Notes under the pieces: model-generated
Seen by the model: the letters and a program-made list of their open reading frames with translations, nothing else
The model's database searches: none
What the model was told of the DNA's origin: nothing
Position numbers and translations under genes: made by a program
In this document: positions 61,207 through 64,000 of the stretch, in pieces
Numbering within the stretch: position 1 is the stretch's first letter
How the letters are laid out: each line of letters begins with the position of its first letter
Source of the DNA: Macrostomum lignano
Lineage: Eukaryota
Assembly: GCA_002269645.1 (NCBI GenBank)
Contig: NIVC01002163.1
Coordinates: 62,001-126,000 of the forward strand
Direction of reading: 5' to 3'
Length of the DNA stretch: 64,000 nt

Positions 61207-64000
61207 TCAATTTTCCAGATCCGGTTCGCAGCTGCTGTAAAATCTGTCGAGTTCTTGCAGCACTCTGGTGGAAGTCGGTCGCTGAGCCGAGTTCAGGGCC
61301 AGGCACGGTCTGAACACCCTGTCGCACAGGTCTAGATAGCACCTGTCGCTGATAAGCAGCCCTACCTGCGGCGACGGCGGCTGCTGCACTGACGAGTCGC
61401 CCAGCAGGCTCAGTCGCAGCTCGGGCTCACCGCCGCCAGAGGCGCGCCGGCCGGTGAACAGCTCCAGCAGGGTGACGCCAAGGGCGTACACGTCCACCTT
61501 GCAGGACAGGAGCTCGCCAGGTGCGCCTGGCCTGTCCGGTTCTCCCGGCACGAAGTAGCCATTGGTGAAGTAGCGGATTCTGGGCTGCGAGGACTGCGGC
61601 CTGTCTTCCATCCGCGTGAGGCCCGATCCTGCGGTGGCCGTCTGATGGGGCAGGAATGGAGACTGTGATGAGGCTGCTTAGGGAAAATTTGGAATCATTC
61701 ATTCCTCCTTGTTGGCGTTAAACTACAGTGGTCCATGTTGCTATACTACAGTGGTCCTTGGCGTTAAACTACAGTGGTCCTTGGCGTTAAACTACAGTGG
61801 TCCTTGGCGCGGGAGGAGGAAGGGAGGGAGAGTCTGAGACTGAGAACGGAGAGCAGCCCCTACTCAAAGGACGGAGCAGCCTCAACTCAGTTGCCTGAGC
61901 AGCCGCGATCTCCCCAGACACACCTGCAGGCTGTCCCCGATCTCCCCAGACACACCTGCAGGCTGTCTCCGATCTCCCCAGACGGTCCCCGATCTCCCCA
62001 GACACACCTGCAGGCTGTCCCCGATCTCCCCAACACCTGCAGGCTGTCCCCGATCTCCCCAGACGCACCTGCAGGCTGTCCCCGATCTCTCCAGACGCAC
62101 CTGCAGGCTGCCCCCGATCTCCCCAGACGCACCTGCAGGCTGTCCCCGATCTCTCCAGACGCACCTGCAGGCTGCCCCCGATCTCCCCAGACACACCTGC
62201 AGGCTGTCCCCGATCTCCCCAGACACACCTGCAGGCTGCCCCCGATCTCCCCAGACACACCTGCAGGCTGTCCCCGATCTCCCCAGACACACCTGCAGGC
62301 TGTCCCCGATCTCCCCAGACACACCTGCAGGCTGCCCCCGATCTCCCCAGACACACCTGCAGGCTGTCCCCGATCTCCCCAGACACACCTGCAGGCTGTC
62401 CAGGTCGCCCAGCTTGCAGTGCCAGTCAGCAGTGAGCAGCACGTTGGTGCTCTTCACATCCTGGTGCGCCAGGCTGAAGCTGCGCCAGTCGCCAGCCGCT
62501 GCGGCTTCGACCTCCTGCCAGCTGTGCAGGAAGTCCAGGGCGCTGGCCAGCTCGTGCGCCATCCGGATTCGAACTCCGGCCAGCTGGAACTCGCAGGCGG
62601 GCGGTGCCCGGCCGGCGGCGAAGTCGTCAATCAGCTGCCGCAGGTTGCCGGCCTCGCACAGCTCGTAGACCAGCAGGAGGTCGCCGCCCGCCGCCTCGCC
62701 GCGGTGAGCGAAGCCGAGCAGCCACAGCAGCCGGGGATGGCGGAGGCCCGCCTGGCGCCGCAGCGCCTCCAGCGGGATGCCCGCAGAGTCGGGCAGCAGC
62801 TTCTTGACGGCGACCGGCCGCCCTGCCAGGTTCACCCGGTACACGCGGCCGAAGCTGCCGGCTCCGAGCTCCTCGCCGACCGCGGCATCCAGCTCGGCGA
62901 AGCTGAACTCCTGCAGCCCGGCCTCACCGTCCTCGGCCTCGGCCGCGGCCAGCAGCGTCTGCAGGCGGCCCCGCAGCACCGCGGCGGTGCACCTCTCGGC
63001 GAAGTTGTGCAGCAGGCAGGGCGCCACGGCTTCTCTGCAGACGCGGGCGTGCAGACCTGCGGACAGCCGCAGCCCCGGCTGAGGCGGCGGAGCCCGACCG
63101 TCGGCCAGGGCCCAGCAGAGCCAGGACTCCTCCGGAGTGTCGCTGCTGGCGGGCTGGCCGCGCAGGCCGGTGAGCAGCTCCAAGATGGTGACCCCGGTGC
63201 TGAAGACGTCCCACTTGCAGGTGACTCGGTCTTCGGGCGGCCGGTAGCCCAGCGTGTGCACTCTGGCCACCTGCTGGGCCCGCTGCTCACCCCAGACGGT
63301 CTGGCCGAGCCCTGCGGTGGTCAGGTCGAGGAAGTCCAGGTCGGCGAGGCGGCAGCGCCAGTCGCCGTCAACCAGGATGTTGCTGGGTTTCACATCCTTG
63401 TGCACGAAGCTGAAGCTGAGGAGGCCGGCCCGCTCGTCTCGCGCCATCGACTTCTCCTCGGTGGCGTGCAGGAACTCCACGGCCGAGGCGATGTCGGTTG
63501 CCATGCGGAGCCGCGTGCCGCCCAGGTGAAACCCGCTGGCCACCGCCTCCGCCGACGACCACCAGCTGTGGGGCTCGGCGAACCGGTCGAGCAGCTGGCG
63601 GAGGTCGCCGTTGCTGTGGAAGTCGAACACGGAGTACATGCGGTCGTCGGCGGGCGAGTAGCCGAAGCCGACCAGCCGAGCGATGCTCGGGTGCCGCAGG
63701 CCGCTGAGGGCGCCGATCGACCTGCGGATGGCCTGGCGCGCCTCCTCGCTGATGCCCGGTCGGTAGACCTTCACCGCGTGCTGCCGGCCTTCGACCAGCG
63801 CTGCCGTCCGGAAGACCTCGGCGAAGCCGCCCGAGCCGATCAGGGAGCCGCAGGCCACGGCGCGCCGGAGCTGCTCCGCCGGGAACTCCAGCGGCGAGTC
63901 GTCTGGTGGAAGCGGAGGCGGAGGCGCGGGCGGGGGCGGGGGCGGAAGAGACGGAGGGGGCGGCTCCGCAGTCGTGGGCGGAGGCTGCCAGGCCTGGTTC
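61207..64000 (-). CDS. Tandem double protein kinase, IRAK/Pelle-like, non-RD; 5' end lies beyond the window
   Basis: Open frame from the window end (Pro-rich linker) to donor CAG|GTGTGT at 62389; last exon 61641-61207 (ATCAG|ACG), phase 0. Two sets of GxGxF, AVK, HxDVKxxN, DLD and DV(F/Y)..GV..LEL.TG motifs. Confidence 0.88.
61905..62400. repeat. Intronic minisatellite, 32 bp unit (- strand GGGGACAGCCTGCAGGTGTGTCTGGGGAGATC), ~15 copies
   Basis: Directly visible; the first unit overlaps the kinase exon end and donor. Confidence 0.97.

Noticed and set aside
61882-63858. 658-aa single-exon kinase ORF as listed in the ORF track
   Set aside because: It reads through the intronic 32-bp array. Splicing 62389 to 61641 restores the missing kinase C-lobe, and the frame is open upstream past the GTG to the window end.

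Overview
Eukaryotic (animal) genomic DNA with AT-rich non-coding regions, GC-rich exons and GT-AG introns. The overall style suggests a flatworm such as Macrostomum (inference). It holds about nine protein-coding genes. On the + strand: a C6orf89-like membrane protein, a RING-finger protein and SNX5/6. On the - strand: a co-oriented run of UPRT, MPG, STX5, METTL1 and a small 2-TM protein, plus a truncated tandem IRAK/Pelle-like double kinase. Most introns and intergenic gaps carry their own private minisatellite, and two of these arrays are built from the splice site itself (a 20-bp acceptor unit and a 32-bp donor unit). SNX5/6 has no in-frame ATG and MPG lacks one after its acceptor; both begin exactly in phase at a splice acceptor, which fits trans-splicing of a leader ending in AUG, as described in flatworms. 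Mobile DNA includes a head-to-tail Helitron-like array with an ABC-AB higher-order structure and embedded (CCCTAA)n, a complete non-autonomous LTR element with an inverted GC-rich interior, small MITEs, and a 3.2-kb TIR element with a 9-bp TSD carrying LINE RT fragments and a 197-bp satellite. All gene models were assembled by eye and no database searches were run.
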